The notes: generated by a model not told the origin, from the sequence alone. A stretch of 64,000 bases of DNA from Gammaproteobacteria bacterium (GCA_021731365.1 JAKFXL010000011.1:7848-71847); one strand, 5' to 3'; shown: positions 29,054-38,032, counted from the stretch's first letter. Numbers and translations are program-made.

Positions 29054-30808
29054 ATGAAACAAGCCATCGTCAACAGCTGTTTTGGCGTCACGTTAACCGT
29101 GCTCATCGCTGGCTGTGCTGGCCCAACCAACACGTTAAAACCTGCTGCCACCGCAGGTGCACACACCTCTGTGAGCGGCACCGGCAACGCAACACAAACA
29201 ACACCGGGTAACAAACGCCGCGCACCGCTGCCACCCAGCGAGGAGATAGCGCTCGGCGATGACGAAAATATGCCTGATGACGATCCTGACAACGCCGTCG
29301 AAGATCCCACCGCTGAAGATGAAGGTGAAGTGGGTCAGGCGGTATTAAGCGCCTCTCAGCGACTGCTCAACAAAAACAGTCTTAACGGCCAGAATGACGA
29401 TATCTGGCCACGGATTAGGGCCGGCTTTAGCCTGCCAGACAGCGACCACCCCAACGTACAACCCAGCCGCGAGTGGTTTGCCAACCACCAGGTCTACCTC
29501 GACCGCACCTTTACCCGTGCTGCCCCCTATATGCACTACATTATCGAAGAGGTCGAGGCACGGCAGATGCCCCTCGAGATTGCCCTGTTACCCGTAGTCG
29601 AAAGCGCCTTCCAACCCTTTGCCTACTCCCGCAGCCATGCCGCCGGCATCTGGCAATTTATCCCCGGCACCGCTACCAACTACGGACTGAAAATCAACTG
29701 GTGGTATGACGGCCGCCGTGACATCCACGCCTCCACCCACGCTGCCCTCACCTACCTGCAAAAGCTGCACAACCAGTTCAACGGTGACTGGCTGCTGGCC
29801 CTGGCCGCCTATAACTCTGGCGAAGGCACCGTAGGTCGCGCCATCATTGCCAACCAGAACCGTGGGTTGGGCACTACCTTCTGGGATCTGGATCTGCCAC
29901 GGGAGACCCGCAACTACGTACCACGCCTGCTGGCCATCGCCAATGTGGTTGCCGACCCGGAAAAGTTTGGTCTCACCCTGCGCACCATCCCCAACAAACC
30001 CCTGCTCAAGCAGGTCAACATCGGCGCACAGCTCGATCTGGCCATTGCCGCCGACATGGCCGAGCTTGAACTACAGGAGTTGTACACCTTCAACCCTGGC
30101 TTTAACCGCTGGGCCACGGCCCCCAACGGCCCCCATACACTCCTGTTGCCGCTGGAAAAAGCCGACGCCTTTGAAGATAAACTGGCGGAACTCACCCCTT
30201 CACAGCGGATGGCGTGGGCACAGTATCAAATCCAGCCAGGGGACAATCTGGGTGCCATTGCCAAAAAATATAATGTCAGTGTCGCCGCCATTCAGCGCGC
30301 CAACAAGCTGGATGGCAGCGCTGTACACGCCGGTGAAACACTGACCATTCCGACCTCCAGCCGCGCTTCACAGGAGTATCTGCTCACGGCCAACCACCGT
30401 TTAGAGAGCCGGCAGAACAAAAGTCAGGAGAAACAGAAGGTGGTCTACACCGTACGTGGTGGCGACACACTCTCCGAAATCTCCTCTAAACATAAAATCA
30501 GCGTCAGCAATCTGGCCAGCTGGAACAAAATGAAGAGCCGCGACACCCTCCGCAAAGGCCAAAAACTGGTGATATGGAAGGAAGGGACACGGGGCAGTAG
30601 CACCAAGCTCAGTAAAAACGGCAGCACCACCAAAAAAGTCAGCTACCGCGTCCGCAGTGGTGACTCACTGGCGCGAATCTCACAAAAATTCAACGTCACC
30701 ATCAACAACCTCAAAGAGTGGAACCCTAAAGTACGTGGCCAGTTCATTCAGCCGGGCCAACAGCTGGTTGTGTACGTCGATAGAAACAGGGCCACCGATA
30801 ACAGCTAA
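29054..30808 (+). CDS. mltD: Membrane-bound lytic murein transglycosylase D (SLT plus 3 LysM)
   Basis: Lipobox IAGC; VESAF, AGIWQF, AAYNSG, ETRNYVP; three LysM repeats. Confidence 0.9.
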   Translation: MKQAIVNSCFGVTLTVLIAGCAGPTNTLKPAATAGAHTSVSGTGNATQTTPGNKRRAPLPPSEEIALGDDENMPDDDPDNAVEDPTAEDEGEVGQAVLSASQRLLNKNSLNGQNDDIWPRIRAGFSLPDSDHPNVQPSREWFANHQVYLDRTFTRAAPYMHYIIEEVEARQMPLEIALLPVVESAFQPFAYSRSHAAGIWQFIPGTATNYGLKINWWYDGRRDIHASTHAALTYLQKLHNQFNGDWLLALAAYNSGEGTVGRAIIANQNRGLGTTFWDLDLPRETRNYVPRLLAIANVVADPEKFGLTLRTIPNKPLLKQVNIGAQLDLAIAADMAELELQELYTFNPGFNRWATAPNGPHTLLLPLEKADAFEDKLAELTPSQRMAWAQYQIQPGDNLGAIAKKYNVSVAAIQRANKLDGSAVHAGETLTIPTSSRASQEYLLTANHRLESRQNKSQEKQKVVYTVRGGDTLSEISSKHKISVSNLASWNKMKSRDTLRKGQKLVIWKEGTRGSSTKLSKNGSTTKKVSYRVRSGDSLARISQKFNVTINNLKEWNPKVRGQFIQPGQQLVVYVDRNRATDNS

Positions 30809-30844
30809 CCCAGACACGGATAGACCCAGCCGTTCTGTTACCTC

Positions 30845-30878
30845 ATCAAGGGCCACTACCCTGGCAGTGGCCCTTGAT
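30845..30878. terminator. Hairpin between convergent mltD and modC
   Basis: 13-bp perfect stem ATCAAGGGCCACT-N8-AGTGGCCCTTGAT; no long U-tract. Confidence 0.55.
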
Positions 30879-30896
30879 CATATAAAACCATACCCC

Positions 30897-31976
30897 CTAC
30901 CCCATAGAGACCGCTTTGATCATAACGTAGAGCCGCTGCCCGGGCACCAGTGCCAGCGTGTGCAGTGACTTGCGGCTGATGCTCGCCAGGAGTGGTGCCC
31001 CGACATCCAGTTTTACCTGTACCGCATGTTGATCCACCGCCGCCTCGGCAATCTCCATCACCGTTGCCTGCAGCACGTTCAGTACACTCGTGGCACTGGT
31101 GGGTGGCTCAAGGATCAGTGCAACGTTGCGCGCCAGCACCTGTACCCGCAGCTCACTGCCAACGGCTGCGTTTTGCAACGGCACGTAGAGCGGCTGTCCA
31201 TGCAGGTCAAGTTGCGTCAATCCAAAGTCGTGATCATGGGAGGCCACCCGAGTCTCCAATACGGCACCGGCCAACGCCCCTAACGAGTCGGCCCAACGGA
31301 GGTCACTGCACACCTCCAACAAGGGGCCACTAGCCACCACTGTCCCGTGGGAGAGCAGCAGCAGTGTCTGCGCCAGTGGCAGAATCTCCGCCAGTGAGTG
31401 GCTCACATAGAGTAGCGGTAAATGTAACTCATGATTCAACCGCTGGATGTAGGGGATAATCTCCTGCTTGCGCTGTTCATCCAGGGAGGCCAACGGCTCA
31501 TCCAGCAACAGCAACCGTGGGCTGGAGAGCAGTGCCCGGCCAATGGCTACCCGCTGCTGCTCCCCCAACGAGAGATGGCTGACGGTACGCGCCAGCAAGG
31601 GTTGTAACGCCAACAGCGTTACCACCTGCTGCCACTCAACCGTTCTCTGGCCCGGCGCTACCCGCTTATACCCATACTCCAGATTGCCGTGCACACTCAG
31701 ATGGCTGAACAGCCGTGGCTCCTGAAAGACAAAACCAAACCGGCGTTTGTAGGGGGGGACAAAAATACCCAGCGTCTCATCCTGCAACAGCTCGTCCCCG
31801 AGCCGCAGATATCCCCCTGGGCTGCGCTCCAATCCGGCGATACAGCGCAACAGGGTTGACTTGCCCGCGCCGGAGGGGCCAAAGATAGCACTCGCCCCCT
31901 GGGCGGGAAGATCAAACTCAGCGGCCAGGGTAAAGCCAGCCTGCTGTAAATGAAACCGCCCCTGCAACCGACTCAT
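30897..31976 (-). CDS. modC: Molybdate ABC transporter ATP-binding protein
   Basis: GPSGAGKS, LSLGEQQR, LLLDEP; C-terminal TOBE (TSVLNVL, IKAVS). Confidence 0.92.
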   Translation of the reverse strand: MSRLQGRFHLQQAGFTLAAEFDLPAQGASAIFGPSGAGKSTLLRCIAGLERSPGGYLRLGDELLQDETLGIFVPPYKRRFGFVFQEPRLFSHLSVHGNLEYGYKRVAPGQRTVEWQQVVTLLALQPLLARTVSHLSLGEQQRVAIGRALLSSPRLLLLDEPLASLDEQRKQEIIPYIQRLNHELHLPLLYVSHSLAEILPLAQTLLLLSHGTVVASGPLLEVCSDLRWADSLGALAGAVLETRVASHDHDFGLTQLDLHGQPLYVPLQNAAVGSELRVQVLARNVALILEPPTSATSVLNVLQATVMEIAEAAVDQHAVQVKLDVGAPLLASISRKSLHTLALVPGQRLYVMIKAVSMG

Positions 31977-32644
31977 CTACGCTCACCCCGCTGCATCCCA
32001 TATACCAACAGCAACACAACAAATGTAAAACCGAGCAGACCGATCGAGAGCAGATGGGCAGTGGCGTAATCCATCACCTCAACACGCTCAAAGATAGCAA
32101 TCGACAATACCTGCGTCTTACCGGGAATACTGCCACCCACCATCAAGACCACCCCAAACTCACCCAGCGTATGGGTAAAACCCAGCACAGCAGCCATGAT
32201 GTAACCCCGTCTTGCCAGTGGCATAACCACCGTGACAAAGGTATCCAGCGGGCGGGCACCCAAGGACCACGCACTCTCCAGCGGTTTGCGCCCAACGTTG
32301 GTAAAGGCACCCTGTAACGGCTGCACTACAAACGGTAAGGAGTAGAACACCGAGGCGATCACCAGACCACTAAAGGTAAAGGTCAATGGCGATCCGGTCA
32401 TGCCCTGCCAGGGGCCACCCAGCCACCCCTCCGGTCCCAACAGTATCAACAGATAAAAGCCCAACACCGTTGGTGGCAATACCAGCGGCAACGCCACCAC
32501 CGCCTCCAGCGGCGTGCGCCAGCGTGATCCGGTATGGGCCAGCCACCACGCCAGCGGCGTCCCCAGCAGCAGCAATACCACCGTGGTCACCGTGGCCAGT
32601 TGCAGGGTTAACCAGACCGGTGCCAGATCAATGGCGTTCAACAC
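31973..32644 (-). CDS. modB: Molybdate ABC transporter permease
   Basis: LPLVLPPTVLGFYLL, HTLGEFGVVLMVGG. Confidence 0.93.
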   Translation of the reverse strand: MLNAIDLAPVWLTLQLATVTTVVLLLLGTPLAWWLAHTGSRWRTPLEAVVALPLVLPPTVLGFYLLILLGPEGWLGGPWQGMTGSPLTFTFSGLVIASVFYSLPFVVQPLQGAFTNVGRKPLESAWSLGARPLDTFVTVVMPLARRGYIMAAVLGFTHTLGEFGVVLMVGGSIPGKTQVLSIAIFERVEVMDYATAHLLSIGLLGFTFVVLLLVYGMQRGERR

Positions 32645-32659
32645 AGCGCCTCACCACCC

Positions 32660-33115
32660 TCACAAAAAGTACCAGTCAGCAAACATCGCTGCCTGCCCAT
32701 GGTAACCACCGTCCCCATCCACCAGATTCCAGACCGTGGCCCGCTCAATCATAAAACGGCGACCATCATTGGCAATACGCACACCACTATAGTTATCAAT
32801 GAAGCCGTGGGTTTTTACCTCATACAGCAACCGCTCACGCGCCTCACGGTTAGGTTGCTCCGCAGAGTAGCGCGAGGGCAACGCCGTAAACGTCTGCCAC
32901 TCCATACCAAACAGATCCAATGCGGTTTGATTGCCATAATTAAAAACGGGGTCCGCCTCAGTACCGTGTGATACCAACGCAAACGGCGCACGATCAAAGG
33001 CCTCCGCCAACCGTTCCGGTAGCGACAACTCAAACGCCAGCAGCTGTCGTCCCGTTAAACGAGAGTAGCTATCCTGCAGCAACATAAGATGGGGAACTAA
33101 CGAATCAACCTGCAT
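32660..33115 (-). CDS. MEKHLA domain protein
   Basis: SHGTEADPVFNYGN, LPSRYSAE, YSGVRI, GQAAMF. Confidence 0.87.
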   Translation of the reverse strand: MQVDSLVPHLMLLQDSYSRLTGRQLLAFELSLPERLAEAFDRAPFALVSHGTEADPVFNYGNQTALDLFGMEWQTFTALPSRYSAEQPNREARERLLYEVKTHGFIDNYSGVRIANDGRRFMIERATVWNLVDGDGGYHGQAAMFADWYFL

Positions 33116-33538
33116 TTATATAAACCCAATATCAACCAACAACTCCAGGCACTTCTCATCAACATCAAGCGTAGCAATGGCCAGCGCACTAACCCACGCC
33201 GCGTCCAATACCGCAGCCCCCGGCTGTAACTCCCCGCCAAGATAATCTGCCTCCATCTCAATCACAACCGAATGTTCCGTTACTGCCCCATCCGTCGCTG
33301 ATACCATCCGGTCATAACCATGAAGCACCGCCCCGGAACGGATAACAACCCCCGTCGCCGCCAGCACCTCACGCTCAACACAGCGCTGCAAACACTCACC
33401 CCACGGCAACACCGCCAACGGCAGAGACCAACAGACCTCACCCGCACTACACACCCGCTTCACAAGCAATACCGCGCCGTAGTGCACCACCACTGCCGCA
33501 ATCTCAACAACCGGTGCCTTCATCAAATGCCCATCCAT
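33116..33538 (-). CDS. Nudix-fold protein with degenerate Nudix box
   Basis: VLLVKR...WSLP...GECLQRCVEREVLAATGV. Start uncertain. Confidence 0.7.
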   Translation of the reverse strand: MDGHLMKAPVVEIAAVVVHYGAVLLVKRVCSAGEVCWSLPLAVLPWGECLQRCVEREVLAATGVVIRSGAVLHGYDRMVSATDGAVTEHSVVIEMEADYLGGELQPGAAVLDAAWVSALAIATLDVDEKCLELLVDIGFI

Positions 33539-33582
33539 ACATCCAAACCCACACCACACAAACAATAAAAAACGGCGTTTTC

Positions 33583-33611
33583 TTGTCCCCCACACCCCAT
33601 CCGCGTAAACT
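33583..33611 (+). promoter_or_regulatory. Putative sigma-70 promoter for slyD
   Basis: TTGTCC-N17-TAAACT, 33 nt before the ATG. Confidence 0.45.
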
Positions 33612-33644
33612 GTGGCTTTAAATCACAAGCAAGGGTAATACACT

Positions 33645-34124
33645 ATGCAAATCGGCAATAACAAGGTAGCCGTCATCACCTACACCCTAACCGATAACAG
33701 TGGCACTGTCATCGATCAAGCCACCGCACAAGAACCCTTTGCCTTTATACACGGCATTGGCAACATCATCCCCGGGCTTGAAAGAGCGCTGGAAGGCAAA
33801 ACAGCCGGTGACACCCTCACAGTCGCCGTTGAACCTGCCGATGGTTACGGCGAACGTGATGATGCCCTCACCCAGGTCCTGGCCAAAGCCATGTTTGAAG
33901 GTGTTGATGAGATCACCCCCGGTATGCAGTTCCACGCCCAGACCCCCAACGGCATGAGCATTGTCACCGTAACCGCCGTTGAAGAAGACCAAGTCACCAT
34001 CGATGGCAACCACCCCCTCGCAGGTGTTGCACTCAACTTTAATGTCAGCGTACTTGAAGTGCGTGATGCCACTGAAGATGAGATCGAACACGGCCACATT
34101 CACGGCGAAGGGTGTGACCACTAA
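33645..34124 (+). CDS. slyD: FKBP-type peptidyl-prolyl isomerase SlyD
   Basis: GNIIPGLE, DGNHPLAG, VRDATEDEIEHGHIH. Confidence 0.93.
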   Translation: MQIGNNKVAVITYTLTDNSGTVIDQATAQEPFAFIHGIGNIIPGLERALEGKTAGDTLTVAVEPADGYGERDDALTQVLAKAMFEGVDEITPGMQFHAQTPNGMSIVTVTAVEEDQVTIDGNHPLAGVALNFNVSVLEVRDATEDEIEHGHIHGEGCDH

Positions 34125-34146
34125 CTCACTATATTAAATAGCGAGT

Positions 34147-34177
34147 AATAAAAGGGAGCTTGGCTCCCTTTTTTATT
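34147..34177 (+). terminator. Rho-independent terminator after slyD (possibly bidirectional)
   Basis: AATAAAAGGGAGC-TTG-GCTCCCTTTTTTATT. Confidence 0.85.
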
Positions 34178-34200
34178 GCCCATCAGATTACATCACAACT

Positions 34201-34511
34201 TTAAAAAACCCAGTTCAGCTGATCAACCCAGACAACCCCACCATCCTAAATAATTTCTGTATAGCATCAACAAGGCACTCAAGTTTCCACGTTTGAATCG
34301 AGGTATTTATTCCTTCATTTATAAAGCAATTCATCGCTTCATTTTAGGCATGAACAACAAGTTTCTTATTTAGGAATGTGGTGCTATATTTCGAACGGTG
34401 CACATACCAAGGATCAGCCGGAGATTTAATCCCTTGTTTATCAGTGGAATTCATATAACGATCCCAAAACCAACTGGCAGGAACTGTTTCTTTTGATACG
34501 CGGATATCCAT
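34201..34511 (-). pseudogene. Disrupted 5' fragment of a long-form integron integrase-like gene
   Basis: Translation FWDRYM...KQGIKSPADPWYVHR...KKLVVHA*...W...VDAIQKLFRMVG/VWVDQLNWVF* resembles, from recall, the N-terminal extension of long IntI proteins. It has an internal stop, a frameshift and no catalytic domain, and it diverges from an attC array. Confidence 0.6.
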
Positions 34512-34599
34512 ATTCCAGCACTGAAAAAAAATGGTGTAAAACCACAACGTCAAACGTTGCCTATGGGAATGGTATCAAAACGACAGTAGCGGATGTGCT

Positions 34600-34653
34600 A
34601 GACAGATTCTGTCTGGCACGCTTTTTAATATTTCTGTTTAATACACGTTAGCC
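34600..34653 (+). other. Putative attI site (core GTTAGCC at 34647-34653)
   Basis: Core site with no preceding attC hairpin, between the intI-like fragment and cassette 1; exactly complementary to GGCTAAC at 34915. Confidence 0.55.
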
Positions 34654-34914
34654 TAAAAATAATAAAACTAGTTGGGCGTTTACGTGCCCATAGAGTTAAA
34701 CCGTGGGGCGTTGACAAAAGGCATTATGTTGTGGTCTCGAATTGAAATCGCCAGGCATCAAGCGCATCATCAGAGGCGGGCTTGGTTCATTCAGTGTGCA
34801 ATGGTTAAGCACATCGTAGTCTGAACGTTTTTTGGAAAGTGGTCGCCACTAGCAGGCAGTGGGCCGCTCAGTTATAAACAATAGTGCGTTCGGCGTGTTG
34901 GGCTTTGTTCATCA

Positions 34915-35016
34915 GGCTAACTCAACAATTCACCAGACCCACTCCAGCGGCGGACCTATTCACTCCGTCTTTGCCACGTGCGCCGCTTCCGTGGTCCGGT
35001 TATCAAAACGTTAGGC
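34915..35016 (+). mobile_element. attC site 1 (end of ORF-less cassette)
   Basis: GGCTAAC ... ACCAGACC ... GGTCCGGT ... GTTAGGC; 102-bp imperfect palindrome. Confidence 0.75.
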
Positions 35017-35083
35017 ACTTAATTAAGCAGCAGTAGTAGCATGTTGGAATAGTACTTTCTGAATATTTTTAAAGGAGAGAATC

Positions 35084-35353
35084 ATGGAATCAAAATACAA
35101 AGTATCCCTACATATTCGACGCGAAACAGACGGTAAAGAAGTAGTCTTACAGTTTAATGAGAATCAAACTGCAGAAATTTCCAGTACGGATGGCTTGGAC
35201 TATGGCCACTTCAGGTTGGTCGCTGAAGGATTGCCTCAAACCGACGCTGTGGAAATAAAGGGGACTTTTGATCAGTGTCTTAAATATTGCACTATCGATG
35301 AGGGACATTCTTTGCCATATTGCCTAGCAATTTGTGGGGCTGCCGCACCTTAA
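35084..35353 (+). CDS. Cassette-borne hypothetical protein with C-terminal twin CX3C motif
   Basis: AAGGAG RBS; lies between GTTAGGC (35010) and GCCTAAC (35366). Confidence 0.72.
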   Translation: MESKYKVSLHIRRETDGKEVVLQFNENQTAEISSTDGLDYGHFRLVAEGLPQTDAVEIKGTFDQCLKYCTIDEGHSLPYCLAICGAAAP

Positions 35354-35365
35354 GTGCAGGCCGTG

Positions 35366-35443
35366 GCCTAACCCAGCACTCCAGCCGACCCGCTACAGCG
35401 GGCTTCGCCCGCTTACGCAGTCGGCTGAGTTCACACGTTAGCC
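35366..35443 (+). mobile_element. attC site 2
   Basis: GCCTAAC-CCAGCACTCCAGCCGAC...GCGGGCTTCGCCCGC...GTCGGCTGAGT-TCACAC-GTTAGCC; 78 bp with an extra unpaired base in the left arm. Confidence 0.88.
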
Positions 35444-35474
35444 ATATAATCAGAAAGAGTGGATCGGAGAAAAT

Positions 35475-35837
35475 ATGTCTAATTCAAACATCAATAGCGT
35501 GATTGCAGTCTTGCCAGTGAAGGATCAAGATGCGGCTGTCTTGTGGTACAAAAAGCTACTTGGGCGGGATGCGGATATCGTACCTGTAGACGGTGTGGCT
35601 GAGTGGCAGCTTGCCGAAAATGCATGGATTCAAGTGACTACTGATCCGGAGCGAGCAGGTAGCGCAACTGTCATTATTGGCGTGAATGACATCGAGTCTC
35701 AGTGTAAATTTTGCGCGGCAGCGAATGTGCCACATGGCGAAATTATAGAGTACCCGGAGATTATCAAGATGATTGAAGTGATCGATCCAGAAGGAAACAA
35801 GATTGCATTTGTACAAGATATTTCTAATGCGGCCTAA
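35475..35837 (+). CDS. VOC/glyoxalase family protein (gene cassette)
   Basis: LPVKDQDAAVLWYKKLLG...DPEGNKIAF; followed by a truncated attC start GCCTAATCAATCGTT. Confidence 0.85.
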   Translation: MSNSNINSVIAVLPVKDQDAAVLWYKKLLGRDADIVPVDGVAEWQLAENAWIQVTTDPERAGSATVIIGVNDIESQCKFCAAANVPHGEIIEYPEIIKMIEVIDPEGNKIAFVQDISNAA

Positions 35838-35869
35838 TCAATCGTTAAAGGGGTCACGTTAAAGGGGGC

Positions 35870-35930
35870 AGCCCGTAGGTCCGATTAGCCCGTAGGTCCG
35901 ATTACGCTGCGCTAATCGGACCTACGAGCT
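35870..35930. repeat. GTAG-type REP cluster (partial copy plus full hairpin)
   Basis: AGCCCGTAGGTCCGATT repeated directly, then CGTAGGTCCGATTA-CGCTGCGC-TAATCGGACCTACG. Confidence 0.85.
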
Positions 35931-36212
35931 ACTATTGGTGGCCAGCCTTAGGTGAGAAAATAGTACCTGTTCATTATGGTGTTTCGAAAAGGCATATTGA
36001 GTATTCGTCGTGGTATGACGAAAGCGGTGATTTTCAGGAAGCGGGAGATTATGATAAACCTTACAAAGTAATAAAGGCTCCTGAGTTTGGCCCAGAGTTG
36101 AGTATTGAATCTGACTTCTATTTTCACTCAAGAGAAGAGTTTACCCCTGAAAATGAGCGAAAATCAGTGCCGGCCTGTATAACTTGGCAAGATACACTAG
36201 AACAGTGGTGGG
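35930..36212 (+). pseudogene. Startless ~94-codon coding fragment between two REPs
   Basis: Stop-free frame YYWWPALGEKIVPVHYG...CITWQDTLEQWWE in AT-rich DNA; no RBS or start codon of its own. Confidence 0.5.
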
Positions 36213-36470
36213 AGCCCGTAGGTCCGATTAGCGCAGCGTAATCGGACGCATGTGAAATGGCTATCACCTGATTAAAAAACGGAAAACGGAAAATGCGTAA
36301 CTATTGTCAGGCCTTTATTCTCGGTGGCGCATGTTCAGGATTGGCTCTATTCCACCATTACGTCAAACTGGGGATTTGCTCTCTGAATTGGCGTGGTGAT
36401 CCCAGGGTGAGCCTTGAGGGTGGCGATTGTCATGCGTCCGATTACGCTGCGCTAATCGGACCTACGAGCT
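36213..36470 (+). mobile_element. Mini-RAYT element copy 1 (inverted REPs around an internally deleted RAYT/TnpA-REP)
   Basis: Perfect 36-bp IR (36217-36252 / 36431-36466); interior MRNYCQAFILGG joined to HVQDWLYST..HYVKLGI..LNW. Confidence 0.78.
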
Positions 36471-36519
36471 GTTGATCACCGACTCTGTCTGTCTGCCATG
36501 CCTGTCAGCACTATTGGCA

Positions 36520-36638
36520 TTAATATACGGACGCCTGAATAACAATTTCATTTCACATCAATCAATTACGATGGCATCATGGGCGTCAGTATATTAAATA
36601 ACGTCCGGGCGCTGGTGCCCGTCTATTACCTGTTAGGG
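36520..36638 (+). other. Second attI-like region
   Basis: 15/16 IR TTAATATACGGACGCC / GGCGTCAGTATATTAA around an IHF-like CATCAATCAATTA; ends in core GTTAGGG, complementary to CCCTAAC at 37079. Confidence 0.5.
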
Positions 36639-36645
36639 GCCGTAT

Positions 36646-37065
36646 ATGACAATGACCAGCTATGAAATCGCAGATTACGCATTTAAGAGCGACTCCGTTC
36701 TTTCCGATGACAATGAGAAACTCATCGGCTACCTATGGGGGCTACAAAATCACACCAATACGTCCCCCGGTACAGAACAAAGAGACGTCATTCGCGGCAT
36801 CACGATCAATCACATTCTGTTACAGCGGCATATTGACCGCCTCGATAAACAAAACACAAAAACCCAGCGGTTAGTCATCGCTCTCACAGTAGCAGCTCTA
36901 TTAAGCGGAATACCGCAAATATGGCTTGCGTACAGGGCGGACAGAAGAGCTGAGACAGAACAAAAAACCATTGCAATCCAACAGCCAGCGCCAGCCCCAC
37001 AATCGGTAGCCCCATCCCCGGCGTTACCCCCGTCTTCCGATCAACCCAAGAAGAAAACCCCTTGA
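36646..37065 (+). CDS. Cassette-borne hypothetical protein (one TM helix, Pro-rich tail)
   Basis: ORF fills the interval between GTTAGGG and CCCTAAC. Confidence 0.72.
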   Translation: MTMTSYEIADYAFKSDSVLSDDNEKLIGYLWGLQNHTNTSPGTEQRDVIRGITINHILLQRHIDRLDKQNTKTQRLVIALTVAALLSGIPQIWLAYRADRRAETEQKTIAIQQPAPAPQSVAPSPALPPSSDQPKKKTP

Positions 37066-37078
37066 ACTTAACCGCAGC

Positions 37079-37165
37079 CCCTAACCCTGCATTCGAGCTG
37101 ACGCGTCTGACGCCGCTATTCTTCTCTGGCTTTTTCATGCACACGGCTCAATTTGAACGTTGGGC
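37079..37165 (+). mobile_element. attC site 3
   Basis: CCCTAAC-CCTGCATTCGAGCTG ... CGGCTCAAT-TTGAAC-GTTGGGC; 87 bp. Confidence 0.78.
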
Positions 37166-37183
37166 TTCGCAAGGAACCATCTC

Positions 37184-38032
37184 GTGCCATTAAAAAAGTT
37201 AAATATTAGGGGATGCAAAGCAACTACGACACCTGATGGTCAAGTGATTTTCAAGGTGCGTGATACACATACTCTAATTCAAGCGGCAGGATATTTAAAA
37301 CATGTAAGAGGAAGTAAAAACTCTGAGTTAGTGTGCTTTCGTGGTGAGTCAAAGTTGTATCCAACACTTCCTCCCACGGCGTTTCGTGGTATCTCCTCAC
37401 ATAGCGCTGTTTCAAGCGCGATTAACCGGATCAACAAAGCAATAATTCAGTTCGAGAGGCCGCTAAAGTCTACGGGTGTATATGCCCACGAAGCGCTGCT
37501 GCAGCATTACGGCCTCAAAACTACATGGGTGGATTTGGTTGATAATATATGGGTCGCTCTTTGGTTTGCCTGCCATAATGCTCTATCCGTCGGCCCGGCC
37601 GGTGAGCATCTGCACTTTGAACGCCGCGTTCCACGTACTGAACCAACTGGAAAAGCGTATGTGCTGTTAGTTGCTGTGGATGCCGTGGCACCAGACAATG
37701 CATGTCCTGGTTTTTACGCCGGGACAAATACAGAGTTAATAGACCTCCGTATAGCGGCGCCCTCAGTGTTTGTGCGTCCTCATGCACAGCACGGTCTTCT
37801 CATGAGAAAGAAAGGAAATACAGTTCAACGCCCCACGGATTACAGTAGCCAGATCAGAGGCATCCTAGAGATAGAGCTCGCCGATGCATTAGAGTGGCTA
37901 GGAAACAGTAGCGCGCTAAGCGTGCACAGTCTTTTTCCGCCCCCAACTTATGACAATGGCTATAGAAATTTACTATCCGTTGAATTCAAAGGGGCAAAAA
38001 ATGTCGGATGTGTGTCGCATATCGGAGCATAG
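37184..38032 (+). CDS. FRG domain protein (gene cassette, attC lost)
   Basis: CFRGES...LQHYGLKTTWVD...VALWFAC...AQHG. GTG start 8 nt after AAGGA. Confidence 0.85.
   Translation: MPLKKLNIRGCKATTTPDGQVIFKVRDTHTLIQAAGYLKHVRGSKNSELVCFRGESKLYPTLPPTAFRGISSHSAVSSAINRINKAIIQFERPLKSTGVYAHEALLQHYGLKTTWVDLVDNIWVALWFACHNALSVGPAGEHLHFERRVPRTEPTGKAYVLLVAVDAVAPDNACPGFYAGTNTELIDLRIAAPSVFVRPHAQHGLLMRKKGNTVQRPTDYSSQIRGILEIELADALEWLGNSSALSVHSLFPPPTYDNGYRNLLSVEFKGAKNVGCVSHIGA

Noticed and set aside
34344-34553. 69-aa ORF as an intact gene
   Set aside because: Integrase-like similarity continues past its stop codon, so it is treated as part of a pseudogene.
34614-34630. Sigma-54 promoter TGGCACG near attI
   Set aside because: The -12 position reads TTAA rather than TTGC.
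34711-34740. Perfect TTGACA in the ORF-less cassette as a sigma-70 promoter
   Set aside because: No acceptable -10 hexamer at 16-18 bp spacing.
36293-36475. 60-aa ORF (and its 63-aa twin at 38215-38406) as a new small-protein family
   Set aside because: Better explained as fused RAYT termini reading into the REP; the conserved DWxYS motif is in a different frame.
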